Source: Marsupella aquatica (taxonomy: Eukaryota; Plantae; Marchantiophyta). Taken from it: a stretch of 64,000 bases of DNA. The stretch spans positions 19,913,292-19,977,291 of the forward strand of contig OZ316898.1 in NCBI GenBank assembly GCA_973895155.1, read 5' to 3'. Positions 38,072 to 50,153 of this stretch are shown piece after piece. Positions within the stretch are counted from its first letter, which is position 1. Every line of letters starts with the position of its first letter. The notes beneath the pieces were generated by a model. That model made no database searches. It was given only the letters and a program-made list of their open reading frames with translations, and was not told the DNA's origin. The position numbers and the translations under genes were made by a program.

Positions 38072-39399
38072 ATATACATTACTATTTACTTGTCCTCAAG
38101 AGGCATATTGTCTTTGGCATAAGCTTTTCAGGGGGTATGTTTTTTGCAGGCACCTCTTGCGTATAGGATAATGGCGGTTTTATCTGGGGTTAGTAGCCTG
38201 TAACCTATGATAAAAAAGTAATGAAAACCTGTCTGGTGGGTGGCAGCTGAGAAAATTTTGTGAGCTTTCTTGGAGCAGGGTTCAGGCTAGAACCCCTGCC
38301 CAGACCTCCATTACAGTGCATAATTGCTGTCTAGAAAAAGGTTATTTCTAGGGAAGAAATAATGGGAATAGGTACATACTCTTTGACCTTGCATTCCTTA
38401 CATAAATTATGAAGGAGAGCTAGAGTGCACTTAAACTGTACATCTCACTGGTATTATTTTTCTCAATTGTTGTTCCTATTCCAACAACTATACAATTAAT
38501 ATTTGATACATCATTGAAGAGAGCACTCACTGTACAATGAAATGTTCTGCTTCACACAAGTGCCTGGCTTCAGCCTTCTCAATTCCCCTCTAACAAAACA
38601 TCACACTCTAAGATCACGAATCTAAGTTAGTTGCAATTATCTAGTGTCCCTGCGCCGATAAGGATACCTTCCGAGCTATAAGTTGAATTTTGAAAGAATC
38701 TGTGGAATTGCGGAAAGTCTCTCAAGGAACCAGATCTGACTGCAGCTGTTTCTATAGCCTTCCAAGGTTTTCATGGTTGGCTGATGTCGACGCTCTCCAC
38801 TGTAATTGCCTTTCTGCAGCCTGGGTTCTTCATCCAGCTCTAAGCTGTTTCGATCGCCGAGTTGTCGATCATCCACAACTCTAATTTCCTTCTCTCTAGC
38901 TGTTTTGAATTGTTTTCTTAACGGGGTGTAAGTCTTGCCCGGACTCACTTCTGCGTGCTTGGGTGGACATTTCCTCCCAGCCAAATTTTCAGGATACAGA
39001 TCACATCAAAAGCCCATGGCATTTTAGGAAGCCCTTCTTCATTTGTCATTATGAAGGTCGACCAGGCCCAATGTTTAAGCGATTGCAGAATGAGAAGTAT
39101 TTGCACGCAGTAATCTCATCAAATGAGCTAGATGGAAATTAAGCCTTCTACCTTGCCTAGGCCTCTTCAATCACTAGTCACGGTTGGGACCGGCCTGCAC
39201 CTCATAGCGTTGGATTCCATTTTGTCGGGACGAATAATTGTCAAGAGCCGTCAACGCCTTCACTGTCCATTGTTGTATGGCATTCATGACCATGACAGAG
39301 AGAATATAGTTTACATTCTGTCATGGCTGGTCCTGCTCAGTCTAGTAGGGGCGAGTGCGACCGAGCTCGATCACAGTGACATCTGTGAAATTATGGGCA

Positions 39400-42300
39400 T
39401 CATAGAAGTCCGTCGAGTCTAACACCACTACCTGTCCGCCGTTCCTGCATACCTCCAATTCCTCCACCAAATCCGGCCATGCTCAAGGAATGCTCAGCAA
39501 AGGACTTTCCTCCCTCCCACTTACTCATATCATAACTGGAGTCTCTCGCACTCGCACTGCCTTCTGATCCAGAGCATGAGCTCCCTTCTTTTGAGTCCAG
39601 AAAGTGGCCGGTGTTCACATACCAAAGAAGCAGGTTGGACTGGGACTTCGGGTTGTCCAGAACCACAGAACCCCAGTCTTTGACTCCAGGCTTGACCTCT
39701 TTTGCTCGTCTCCGAGCAAAGAGATTTTCATAGTTGGTTCCTCCCAAATCTGCCACCGATCGTAAAGTAGCCGTGCACAGGAGAAGCACAAGGAGTACAT
39801 TTTCTTCAGGATGAACCTCCATTGCTGAGACTTTCCAGTTGAATAATGCAGTCGCCTTTCCCTGAGGGGCATCCAGCGTATGGCGTACCACAGTCACGAA
39901 GCCTTCCTCGTCCTCTACTCTTGCTCCTGGAACCTCGTACGCCAATTTGCGCCCGTTGAGCAGCCGTGCCTTGATTGCCCAAGAACCCAGCAGACTCCAG
40001 TCTTAGTTAATAGTTAATGGGAAACTTATGAAAATGAAATCAAATGAACCAACCCATCGCTTGCGTTAACACCTAAGTATCGTTTACCTGTAACCAATAA
40101 GAAAGAGGCTAGGTACTTGTTTTACACCAAAAAACAGACAAAGTCTTGCTAAATTTCTTAAAAAACGAAATCATTCAATCTCAGTCGCCTGACTGGTCGA
40201 TCTCTCTTAATATTTCCAGGAGTGAGCGTTCACTCAACATCTCCACTACTTAGCTTCGTCAAAAGCATGCATGGCAGTTCGTTTTAGTAAACGACGCTCC
40301 CTCAGCATGTGCGATGCTGTTGGACGCAGTCTTGAAAGCAGTCCAATCCTGATTAAGTACTTTAGCCTTCTTGAAGCGTTTGGCTCTACTTGTTTTCTGG
40401 CATTACTGTTTCAACTTTCAACTGTCACCTCCTTCTTCAGGCTATGCTGCCTGTGTACTTCGTGTCCCATCCAAGTTCATTAATTACTTCAATACTCATT
40501 CATTCTTCCTCACACCTTGACCAGTACGACGAAACACAACATTCCAACTCAGCGTAAACAGTTAGTCTGGACCAGCAATGAGACAAGCTTGGCAATGTAC
40601 CAATCCATAAGTTGAACTCTCTATGCCGAAAATGAGATTGCGCTCCCAGTTCTGGTCGTCCATCGATCTTGAGATTGTAAGGACCTCTCCTGAGGAAAAT
40701 GACCATTGCAGCTTGTACTGTGCAATGTCTTCAGTAATTGGAGTGGCGCTTGCAACTATGTTCTCTGCATGTGCACAAGCATCATGCTCCGTTATGAATC
40801 CGACCAGTAGAACTTTCTTTCGATTCAATGATAAATGGAGGGCATCGGTATAGTTAAATACCAGGGACTATTCCAAGAAAATCAGTTATGTAAGTCCATC
40901 CACCCTCGCATATATGAATGACTCGTTCATTCCAGTCCACTCCAACAGGTCGATCGCTGCCTTTCCTCCATATTCCTCTTGCGGCCCTGACTCCAGAATA
41001 CAATGAAATCTGTCAAATACATTCCGCACAAATTCTCCAAAGCATGACTTCTGCTGAACTGAACCATTGGTCAGATGGAATAACTGCAGGTCTGTTGAAA
41101 TACCTGATTCTGATTACAAAGCACTCTTTGCCAGAGTGGTCGAGCACAGTCCTTGACATCCACCGTCCCTGCTGAGGTTGATTCTTGGCCCTTTTGAGGA
41201 AAACACTTGATATCATTGCCCCGGAGTTATCGGTCACGCGATCCGGAACAGACTTCAGTAGATATGGAGCAAGCACAGGCGGGGTGATTGACGCTCCAAA
41301 CCTTATCTGCGGTATGCAAGATGAGGCCCGGTCCAGCTTCAGGTCTGTCCTCCTTTTGCGTTTCAGTGCGACGAAGCGATTAACCGAAAGCATTGTCGAA
41401 TCTTGAAGCTCTTGCCATTTCAAGACCGACTGACCGATAAGTTTTGTCCTTGCAAGCGTGTTGAAGCAAGTTTGTGCATGTTTTCTAAGCTCCAGAACCA
41501 GACCCTTCGTACCCACTTCACACTGTAGCATCCATGGTTTTTCCCATTCTAGTTGTTGATCAATATCGGCAACGAATGGAATGTCTAGCTTCATAAGCTT
41601 GTGTGCGGCCAGTACTCTCAAGCGAAGATACATATCATTAGGTTTGTTAAGTAAATTGGCACTCATCGCGCTCCTGATCATAACGCACACCTGCATTCAC
41701 CAGGCGAGTAATCAAATAATTATGCTACCTATACATAATTGAGGCATCGTCCCTCTTGGCTGTACCGAGTACTCGGGTAGTGTATCGGACTGAGATTAGG
41801 AGTATTGACAAATGGACATTGACAAATTGTTGTTGGCTAAGATTTGAAATTTGAGATGATATACCTCCACAACATATCTTGGATTGAGGACCTTGAGATG
41901 CAGGTTGACATTCTTGGGATGGTAATCCCAATTTAATGATAATGGAACTCGTTCAAAACCACCGTCGTCAGAAGGAAGTGGAGTGGGGCTAAGTGCTTGT
42001 GTTCCTCGAGGCATTGAGCCAGCTCTTTCATAAGGGAGCCCAAAGATTTTCTCCCAGAGTCGGACTGTGTCTTGAAATCCATTGCCGAGCTTGGTGTTCG
42101 GCCCATTCTCCATGCTGTCATCATGATCCATTAGGCAGCCTAGGAGAGCCTCGGTGTCTTTCGCGTATGATACAGGTGAAAGCTGCAAATCAAGGGCGTA
42201 ACAAAATCCGGAGTTAAATGCGTGAGGAAAACCTTTTGCTTTAAGACGCATAATTAATTCCTTTCTTCGATCGGAAACGCAACGACTACGCTCCGAGAGT

Positions 42301-45300
42301 TCGCTAAGGATGATGTTGTCATCCTAGTACCTCGGTTGCCCAGAATCAATCTAGATGGACGAGATATGTGAGACAGGATTGATTTACCTGATGTGCGTGC
42401 CATATGAGGTCGATGTCATATGTTGGAACGCACAAGATCTTTCCTTCGGACTTTCGTAAAATGTGCAGAAAGCACTTGTAGCGATGTAAGGCAACGCGCA
42501 AAAATGGCTCCTCCCACACGTATGGTTGTGATACCTGGCAACTCAAGAGTGACCTCAAGACTCAGTCAGCGTGCATGTAATCTGAAAGTAAAAATTAAGT
42601 GATATCTAAAACTGGAGGGCGGGCTAGAGGGCGGGCTAGAGGCCCCTGCAATACAACAAAGTCAGGTTATGTAGTATAGTGGCTGGACCAGGATAAACGT
42701 TGAACTAAGTTGACTTCAACTCTCCGGCAAAGAGTCTGCCCTTGTAGCCCGACAATTACGAATTCTGAAATGAAAATTGATGACATTGTTGGTTTCTCCA
42801 AATTTAACTGCCGAATTGAACATGGACAGTGAAAACGGGGATCCTCATGGCGCCTTTGTTCTTGTTCAGTTTCAGGCCGGCTCTTAACACACTAAATTAA
42901 CAGGCCTGAGAGGTATGGTCAACCCACCTGCAGCTTCGTCTGGGAGGGAGGAACCAAACTAGCAACAGTCAATTCTGTATGTAGTCAACTCGATATGTAA
43001 AGATGATATAAGTCTCGACGAGGACACAAGTGTCCCCTTTTTTTTAGTCGAGTATATGATGGCCAGTGGTACATTACATGTTCTATGCTCACCTGGAAAT
43101 AGAAGGAGCTTTGCCTGGCGATAGCCGGAACAAGGTCATACTCCTCTTCATCGTCGCTTTGCTCCTCGATGGGATACACTTGTCCTGATGACAGCTTACG
43201 CATTAGGGGAAGACTATCAAAAGGTTCCCTTGGATAGCACTCGAACCAAAGCTTTCTGCACCTTTCGCGCGCAGCAGTCTCATTTTCAGCAGCAGCGAAG
43301 ACCGGAAAATCAATCACTCTCTGATATTTGGCCATACAAAATTTTCTATAGGCAACCTGCACAGATTAAGGAAATTATGTGTTATACAATTGAAAGACCT
43401 TAACCGGACAGCTGCGCAATTTCGAGACTAGCATTTCGAGACTCTAAAGTTGAACGATAACACCATAAAGCAGCAATCAGACGTAAACTCAGTCATGAAA
43501 AAAAGAATCTTGAAACTCCTCCACCGAATACAAAAGATTGAGTCGCTCAGGGCTTCCATAGCGGAACATATAGGGACATGTTAAAAATAGGAGAGAGCAC
43601 ATTCCGATGACATTGCAACAGTTAAGAAACGAACCGGGTTGAGACGATGGCAATGCCAAACCCATTCGACATCGAAGGGGGGCAGTAGAGCTGCTTTTTC
43701 CCAATCCGCCTGTTTCACCTTCAAGTTGCTTTGCTGTGCTGCCAATGGCATCCAGCACTTGTAATATCTGTCCTCACATTGCATGGAGGGAGAACGTGAG
43801 TACGTGTCTGCTTAGAAAAGACGAATATGGAGTACTGTAGAGTCCAAACAGTAGATTTCCAAACATTTGAAGGGTCTCTCTAACCAGCCAAGATTGAATT
43901 CCATTAGCACTAAACAACGCGTATTGCCCATAATTACAGAATTTTAGAAAGAGAGAGGATGCTGGCAAATGTCTGAATGTCCATTAAAGGGCGGAATCAT
44001 TAAATTTTACTCTAAGTTGATATAGATTTTCCCTCCCAATTAAGAGTGGTGAGAGCAATGGCTTTTGTAATGTGAGAGTTTGACTCGCCAGCATGTCGAT
44101 CCTGAGACCTGGCCGCATTTGGTACCAGTAACCTAATAGGGGAGCTGCCATAAGCGAGGTCGGTTAAAACTTTTTGGAAGTACCATCTTTGTGGGTCACG
44201 TATTTAGTGGCCCCTAACATTTTTGTCCTGGTTATGTCAGCATTTTATGTCCTTGGCCGTAACTGAACTGAACGCTCCTTTGACACACCCTAGTAGGTGA
44301 AGGACTCAGTTTGCCACCTCGGCTTAGGGGTGGCTGATAACAAATCGTCACCTTCTCCCCCTCTCTCCCCCTTCCCAAAAAAACTCAACATACAGCTAAT
44401 AGTTACAAAATCAAGGACACAAACTAAGTTCCACTCATTGAATAATACAAATGAGGGGGATTGTATGATATAATCTCCATTAATAATAATGGGAAATTGC
44501 TGGGACCTGGGTAATTGATTCCTAAAGCCTCTTACTTAAGTCCACCCTCAAAAGACCTATCTAGCCTTATAGTAGACCGGGTATTAGACTATTCCTCAAC
44601 AAGTGTACCCTTATAATACCTAACCCTTATGGTAGACTATCCCTCAATACAGGTAGGGAGGAGGCTACAGCCATGGCGCCGAGTAGGACATGTTAGCAAG
44701 CATAATGTCTGCCAATCTTTTTCCACATAAAATTTTGAAAAACTGAGATTGGCTGAGCATTGTGAGACTTGGAACCCCCAGGCCAGGCTGGTGGGGTGGG
44801 TGGGGATAATGGCTGGGGACCTTCCCCTGGACCTTGCCTGAAACTACAAACTAAGGAAAAAAAAGAGGAGGGGGTTATGCATGCCTCGAGTTCTTTCGTC
44901 TCTATATGCATATTAAGTTTAGAGAACAAAAGTTTTGTGATTCATGGAGTTTAATGTCCTTGTAACGCAGACCAAATATCTCTTCTCTGGTTCACATAGG
45001 GAGAGTCTTCTTAGCTCTATTGTCTAGAAAGGTAGCCTTGCTTGGTCTCAACCTGGTGGGCAGGCTGGTGGGGCAACAAGAGAGGCCATATTCCATGCAA
45101 GGCCACCCACCTGACCCCTACAAGCTGCAGTTTGGGGGCTCCTCAGCGAGCAATCCCAACTAACCAGGCCCACATTTTGGTCACAAGAATACTCAACAAA
45201 CCGCTCCCCCCCCCCACCGCCCTCCCTCCCTCCCTCCCTCCCTCCCTCCCTCGTAGCTACACTGCAAAGTGTTTAACCCTCCCTTATGTTGTATGTATCG

Positions 45301-48020
45301 GAGTCCCCTATTTTCCCTATTTATTCCTGAATCTGGTCAATCAATATTATTTTGGACCACCCTACCCCCCTAGTAAAGAGTGTATGCAGCCAGGTCCCAT
45401 TGCTAAAGCTAGGACTTCGCTTTGTTCAGAGAACCACTGCTGAGAAGGTAATACCCTAGATGTTCAAAGGCTGGTGATGGTCTTGTCCTACTATCTGGGT
45501 GGGTGGAAGGCTTGGGTGCTTGCACACATGGAGCCACCCACAGTTGCAGCAGGTCTTGGCTGCTAGCCATAACTGACCCACTGGGTCTTGATTCTATATT
45601 TTACCTTGGAAAATATCTTATATTAAACAATAAAAAACTGAACAGGCCAAGCCCCAAGTCTTGAATCTAAGAGGTAAGAACTAAAGAAGCATAGTCTATG
45701 GAACAATACATGATATTGTATTCAAAGCAGTTGCAACAGGAATTTGTTCAAGCTAGAGCATCTGCCCCTGTTTTCTAATCTAGGGTTGGCGTAAGTAACT
45801 TTTAGGAGCTGTGTTTGAGGCAGTATGGATCCAGGAACGACAGGAATTGTCTTGCACCAGTTGCAATTTACAGGTCTGAAATTCAACATCTCCAAGGTTG
45901 AAGCCGGACTAGGTTTAGTTTGAACCCACAGTTGGTGGCAGAGGAGAGAGAGGAAAATACCATGGCAGTTTGGCCAACCTCCATTAGTTTTACAAGGACT
46001 TGGGCTGGAAGTTTTCCTGTTGGGAAAATTGGCCTATATCCCTACATGGAAAACAATTTTTACATGGGCATGTATATCATTTATGGATAGAGCAGGGGGC
46101 GCATGTCAAACCACTAGCATAAGCAAGGTCTTATGGCTGCCACTTTCTAAAAGTCTGATCCTTCAGGGCACATATAGGAATCAAACCACTTGAAACCACT
46201 GTCTACCATAAGCAAGATCTTATGGTTGCTACTTTCTGAAAAGTCTGATCCTGGAAACCACTACCATAAGCAAAGTCTTATGGCAAAGTCTGATCCTTAC
46301 GGGGGCATGTATATAGGTAGCTAGTTAAGTTTGTGTCGTTATGACCATACGACCAACTTGTTCCTTGGCCATACGTCCAGCCCTGTTTTGACATGCCCTA
46401 GCAGAAATTTGATGCCCTGCTGGCAAATTCTGATCATACCGCTGCACGGGTAGGATGCCCCTGCCCGTAATCACACAATAATCAAAATGAGGTAATATAA
46501 GGTGTGCACTCATTGGATTAAAGAAAATAGCGAAGGATGGAGGGATGGAGTGATGTGTACACCTTATATTTCATATTTTGATGTGCAGTTACAGACCGTA
46601 GGATGCTCTTAGAGGAATGTTGTGTCCACACTTCTCTAAAGTCTAGAATTGGACGTGAACGATCTCAGCCTGCTCTTACTTAGAGGAATGTTGTGTCCAC
46701 ACTTCTCTGAAGTCTAGAATCGGACGTGAACGATCTGACCACTGTGCACCGCAAACTCATGAATACTATACTGTATACAGTATTGTTCGCTGCTAGTGTA
46801 GACACGACAAGTTTGAACTACCCGAAAGATGAATCTACATTCTTCTCGAGGAAAATTCATTCTAGTGTCCGTGGAGTTCAATGCAAAAGCTATCTTTCTC
46901 CGTCACTTGTACTTGTGTATTCACAGTCAATTTCGTGAATGATGCATCCCTTTGATTGATCGCGAAAAAGAATGACTGATGGTGACTGTAAGTACTGCTT
47001 TAGTACGTCCTCACGTTCTGGACACCATCGCCGATGTGAACGGATTGAATGTCTACCTCATATTCTTAAGATAATTATTTAAGACCCTGGAGTAGTGAAG
47101 TCAGAAGATTGTCCTGGAACTTTTCCTTTGAGTAAAGATCCTAACTCTGCTCCGGAGACATTCATCGCTCCTACGAAGCTCCAACTACCGGTACCCGATG
47201 TCCCTCCTGCATATTCTAATGGATTCAATTGACTCATTCATCGGACTACCGGTCAAACTAAGTTGATCATAGTCGTACTATTGATAGATCGACCTGATAT
47301 CAAAATTTGAGCGTCAGATAGCAATCTACCTCGACGCCGGGGATTCACCAGCAGAAAGAAGAAGCTTAAAGTCTTCTCGATCTTCAGCGACTCTCACTAG
47401 AGAGTCGCTATAGAGAGACAAAGAATGTACTCTAATTTTCATTGATCTCCACGGTGAGAGCGAGGAGTGTTCCAAATCTCTAGAGTAGAGATCGAATTAA
47501 GTTTAAATTTAAAGTTTTCTTCATCTTCACACAGAGATAGAGAATGAACGAATAATGAATTTGGAGCCCTCTCCATCCCCGCAGAGAGTACCAGAGAAAA
47601 GATAATTAACGAGAGAGAGAGAGGGAGAGATGCAGTAGGTCCATTTGCGCACAATCCGAGTAGGTGACAACGGTAGTGGCATGACCTCATGTTATTACCA
47701 TGCTATGAATCTTTGCACCACTTTCGAGAGACCAGAAATTCCAGCTATGCAATTCACAAGACAATGAAAACACATGATAATAGAAAGGACGGACAGGAAA
47801 TCATTTGGCACCTCTTGATGGCGACGACCACAGTGGGGCCTCTGTGCAGCCCTGGCACACAATGCACAGCTCGAAGGAAGCATAGCTGACGCTTTGCCGC
47901 CGTGATCAAATCCACGCTCACATCTATTTTCTGCGCCGCCTGTCGTTCGAATTCGTAAGCCAGCAATTGTTTTCCCTCGAGGATCTCAGCTGTACTGAGA
48001 TCCGGCGACTTTTTCCCCAT
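39400..48020 (-). CDS. Glycine-rich domain-containing protein (GRDP1/2-like, DUF1399), 9 exons
   Basis: Exons 47812-48020, 43635-43767, 43093-43356, 42388-42534, 41865-42182, 41104-41690, 40862-40986, 40601-40764, 39400-39969. Motifs: VSVDLITAAKRQLCFL; RYYKCWMPL; PPFDVEWVWHCHRLNPVAY; ARQSSFYFQVS; CVPTYDIDLIWHAHQLSPVSY; DHDDS; YERAGSM; APYLLKSVPDRVTDNSGAMIS; QQGRWMSRTVLDHSGKECFVIRIR; GKATALFNWK. Confidence 0.92.
46108..46300. repeat. Three diverged copies of a ~55-bp unit in GRDP intron 1
   Basis: aaaccact..cataagcaa..tcttatgg...aagtctgatcc occurs three times; each copy contains a cataag..cttatg mini-palindrome. Confidence 0.75.
46467..46592. repeat. Imperfect inverted repeat (MITE-like) in GRDP intron 1
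   Basis: atcaaaatgaggtaatataaggtgtgcac versus the reverse complement of gtgtacaccttatatttcatattttgat. Confidence 0.6.
46610..46736. repeat. 71-bp-period tandem duplication in GRDP intron 1
   Basis: tagaggaatgttgtgtccacacttctct(a/g)aagtctagaat(t/c)ggacgtgaacgatct occurs at 46610 and 46681. Confidence 0.9.
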
Positions 48021-49194
48021 ACCTCCTCACAACTCCACGGCTTGTAAGCATGTCGATCGCGAAATTCAAACCCCTGACCAGAAGAATAAACTCGTTACAG
48101 ATCCAAGGCTACTTTACTCCAAACTCACGTCAAAATTCAAGCAATCGGGATGAAGCTGTCGAACAAACGCAAGCAACTGACCTGCCAATCAGCTATACGA
48201 AATGAGACGCACGGCCGACTCCACTCGAGTTTGTGATGTCTCCGCTAAAATCGACGTGCAGTCGTACTCAAGATGAGTTTCCGATCTTCAATTCTCTGCC
48301 TGATACGACGCACACTTCAATTGAGTTATCCGTGGTCTATCTGCTGAAAGATCGTCATTCGATTTCGGTATCTCCATTCGAGTGGAGTTTCCAATCTCCT
48401 CTACGAAACATGGCGAGTCGGGTCTCCGATCTTTCTCTGCTAAACGAGACACACACTCGAGTCCAATTTTGAATCTTCTTGGGTAAACATTGTGGCCCAC
48501 TCGACTCGTCCGTCCAGTCCAAATCTTCTCTGCTCTGCTAATAAACCGGAAGCGCACTCGAAGAAATATCTTCAATGAACAGGATCGGGAGTTCTCTCCT
48601 TCAGCAGGTGAGCAAGCTTCTGCAATCGGAATGCTGCATCAGGGTCGGCGCAAAGTCGCATTCCCAGCGTTCAAGTCAGTCAGGGAATGACTCCAGTAGT
48701 CTCGTGCAAATCCTCACAATTCTCTGACATTAGCAGCTACCATGATGCTTTTAACGGACACAGACAGATTGATTGAATCATTTCTTACACTGGCAGACAT
48801 CATAAAGAGCTCCGATCTTTGTCGTCGCCATCGGGTCCGCGTCGAGAAAAAGAAAGACTCGATCGGAATTAATAACAATTCCATTACTATACTGCTCGTG
48901 CCGTCCGAGAGTGGGGCCCGTCCATTATTATTCGGCCGTTCCTTCGTCCGTCCAGTTCGCTTCGTGGGGCTCCTGATTCCTCGAGCTGTTCAATCGAATC
49001 CCGCGAACTTTGCCAACCCGCGGAACATGATTTTGGATGCAATTCGGTCCGAGCATGAAGCCCGACCCACGCAAGCAGCGCCGTGCCGGAGCGGGCCGAC
49101 GACGACGACGGACTAGTCGCCATCGCCGCGAGCGAGCGAGCTTTCATTGCCAGCTACCGCAGAGTCCAGTCCAGACCAGACCCCGCCGCAGAAT

Positions 49195-49920
49195 CACTAC
49201 AGTACTACCTGTCGTCTCTCTCTAAGTGCACGCTCCACGGAATAAGCATTCGGTATATATACTGAAATATATAATAGTAGCGGTCTGGGTTAACCTGTGA
49301 CCAGACCAGTGTATATTTTACTAAAATATATAATACGACTACTACTGCTACCTGTCGTCCCTCTCTAAGTGCACGATCCACGGAATAAGCATTCGGTATA
49401 TATACTGAAATATATAATAGTAGCGGTCTGGGTTGACCTGTGACCAGACCAGTGCATATTTTACTAAAATATATAATAGTAGTAGTACTACTACCTGTCG
49501 TCCCTCTCTAAGTGCACGCTTCACGGAATAAGCATTCGGTAAACTTTAAAGAGGGTTTTCACTGCGTCTAAGTGCATGTTCAAGGACGAAGCATCCGGTG
49601 TATATCACTACAGTACTACCTGTCGCCCCTCTCTAAGTGCACGCTCCACGGAACAAGCATTCGGTATATATACTGAAATATATAATAGTAGCGGCTGGGT
49701 TAACCTGTGACCAGACCAGTGTATATTTTACTAAAATATATAATAGTAGTAGTCCTACTACCTGTCGTCCCTCTCTAACTGCGCGCTCCAGGGAATAAGC
49801 ATTCGGTAAACTTAAAGAGGGTTTTCACTGCGTCTAAGTTCATGTTCTAGGAAGAAGCATCCGGTGCATACATATACTAAAATATATAATAGTGGCGGTC
49901 TGGGTTAACCTGTGACCAGA
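49195..49920. repeat. Higher-order modular tandem repeat (A-B-A-B-A-C-A-B-A-C-B') upstream of GRDP
   Basis: A = tactacctgtcgtccctctctaagtgcacgctccacggaataagcattcggta (5x); B = tatatactgaaatatataatagtagcggtctgggttaacctgtgaccagacc... (3x plus a partial copy); C = aaagagggttttcactgcgtctaagt(g/t)catgttc..gga(c/a)gaagcatccggtg (2x). Confidence 0.92.
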
Positions 49921-50104
49921 AGTGTGACCAGCAAGTAAGAAAACTTGAGAAGGGGCGAAGCTTTTTTGAGTTTTCTTGGTGCAGGGTTCAGGCTAGACCC
50001 CCTAACTGGACTTCCAGTATAGTAAGTAATTACTGGTAAAACAGTTACTTTCCAGCAAGAGATTATGGGAATCGAAGGTATCTCAGAAAATGGTTAGGCA
50101 GAAA

Positions 50105-50107
<3 letters not shown>

Positions 50108-50152
<45 letters not shown>
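50108..50152 (+). repeat. (GA)n microsatellite
   Basis: Read directly from the sequence. Confidence 0.9.

Positions 50153-50153
<1 letters not shown>

Noticed and set aside
44040-44090. A-box/B-box-like (tRNA/SINE) motifs
   Set aside because: Poor consensus match and no cloverleaf.
48021-48027. AGGAGGT Shine-Dalgarno-like sequence directly before the GRDP ATG
   Set aside because: Spliced nuclear gene with zero spacing to the ATG; coincidental.
49195-49920. CRISPR-like repeat/spacer alternation
   Set aside because: The spacers are themselves repeated (only two types), the repeat is ~53 bp, there are no cas genes, and the context is eukaryotic.
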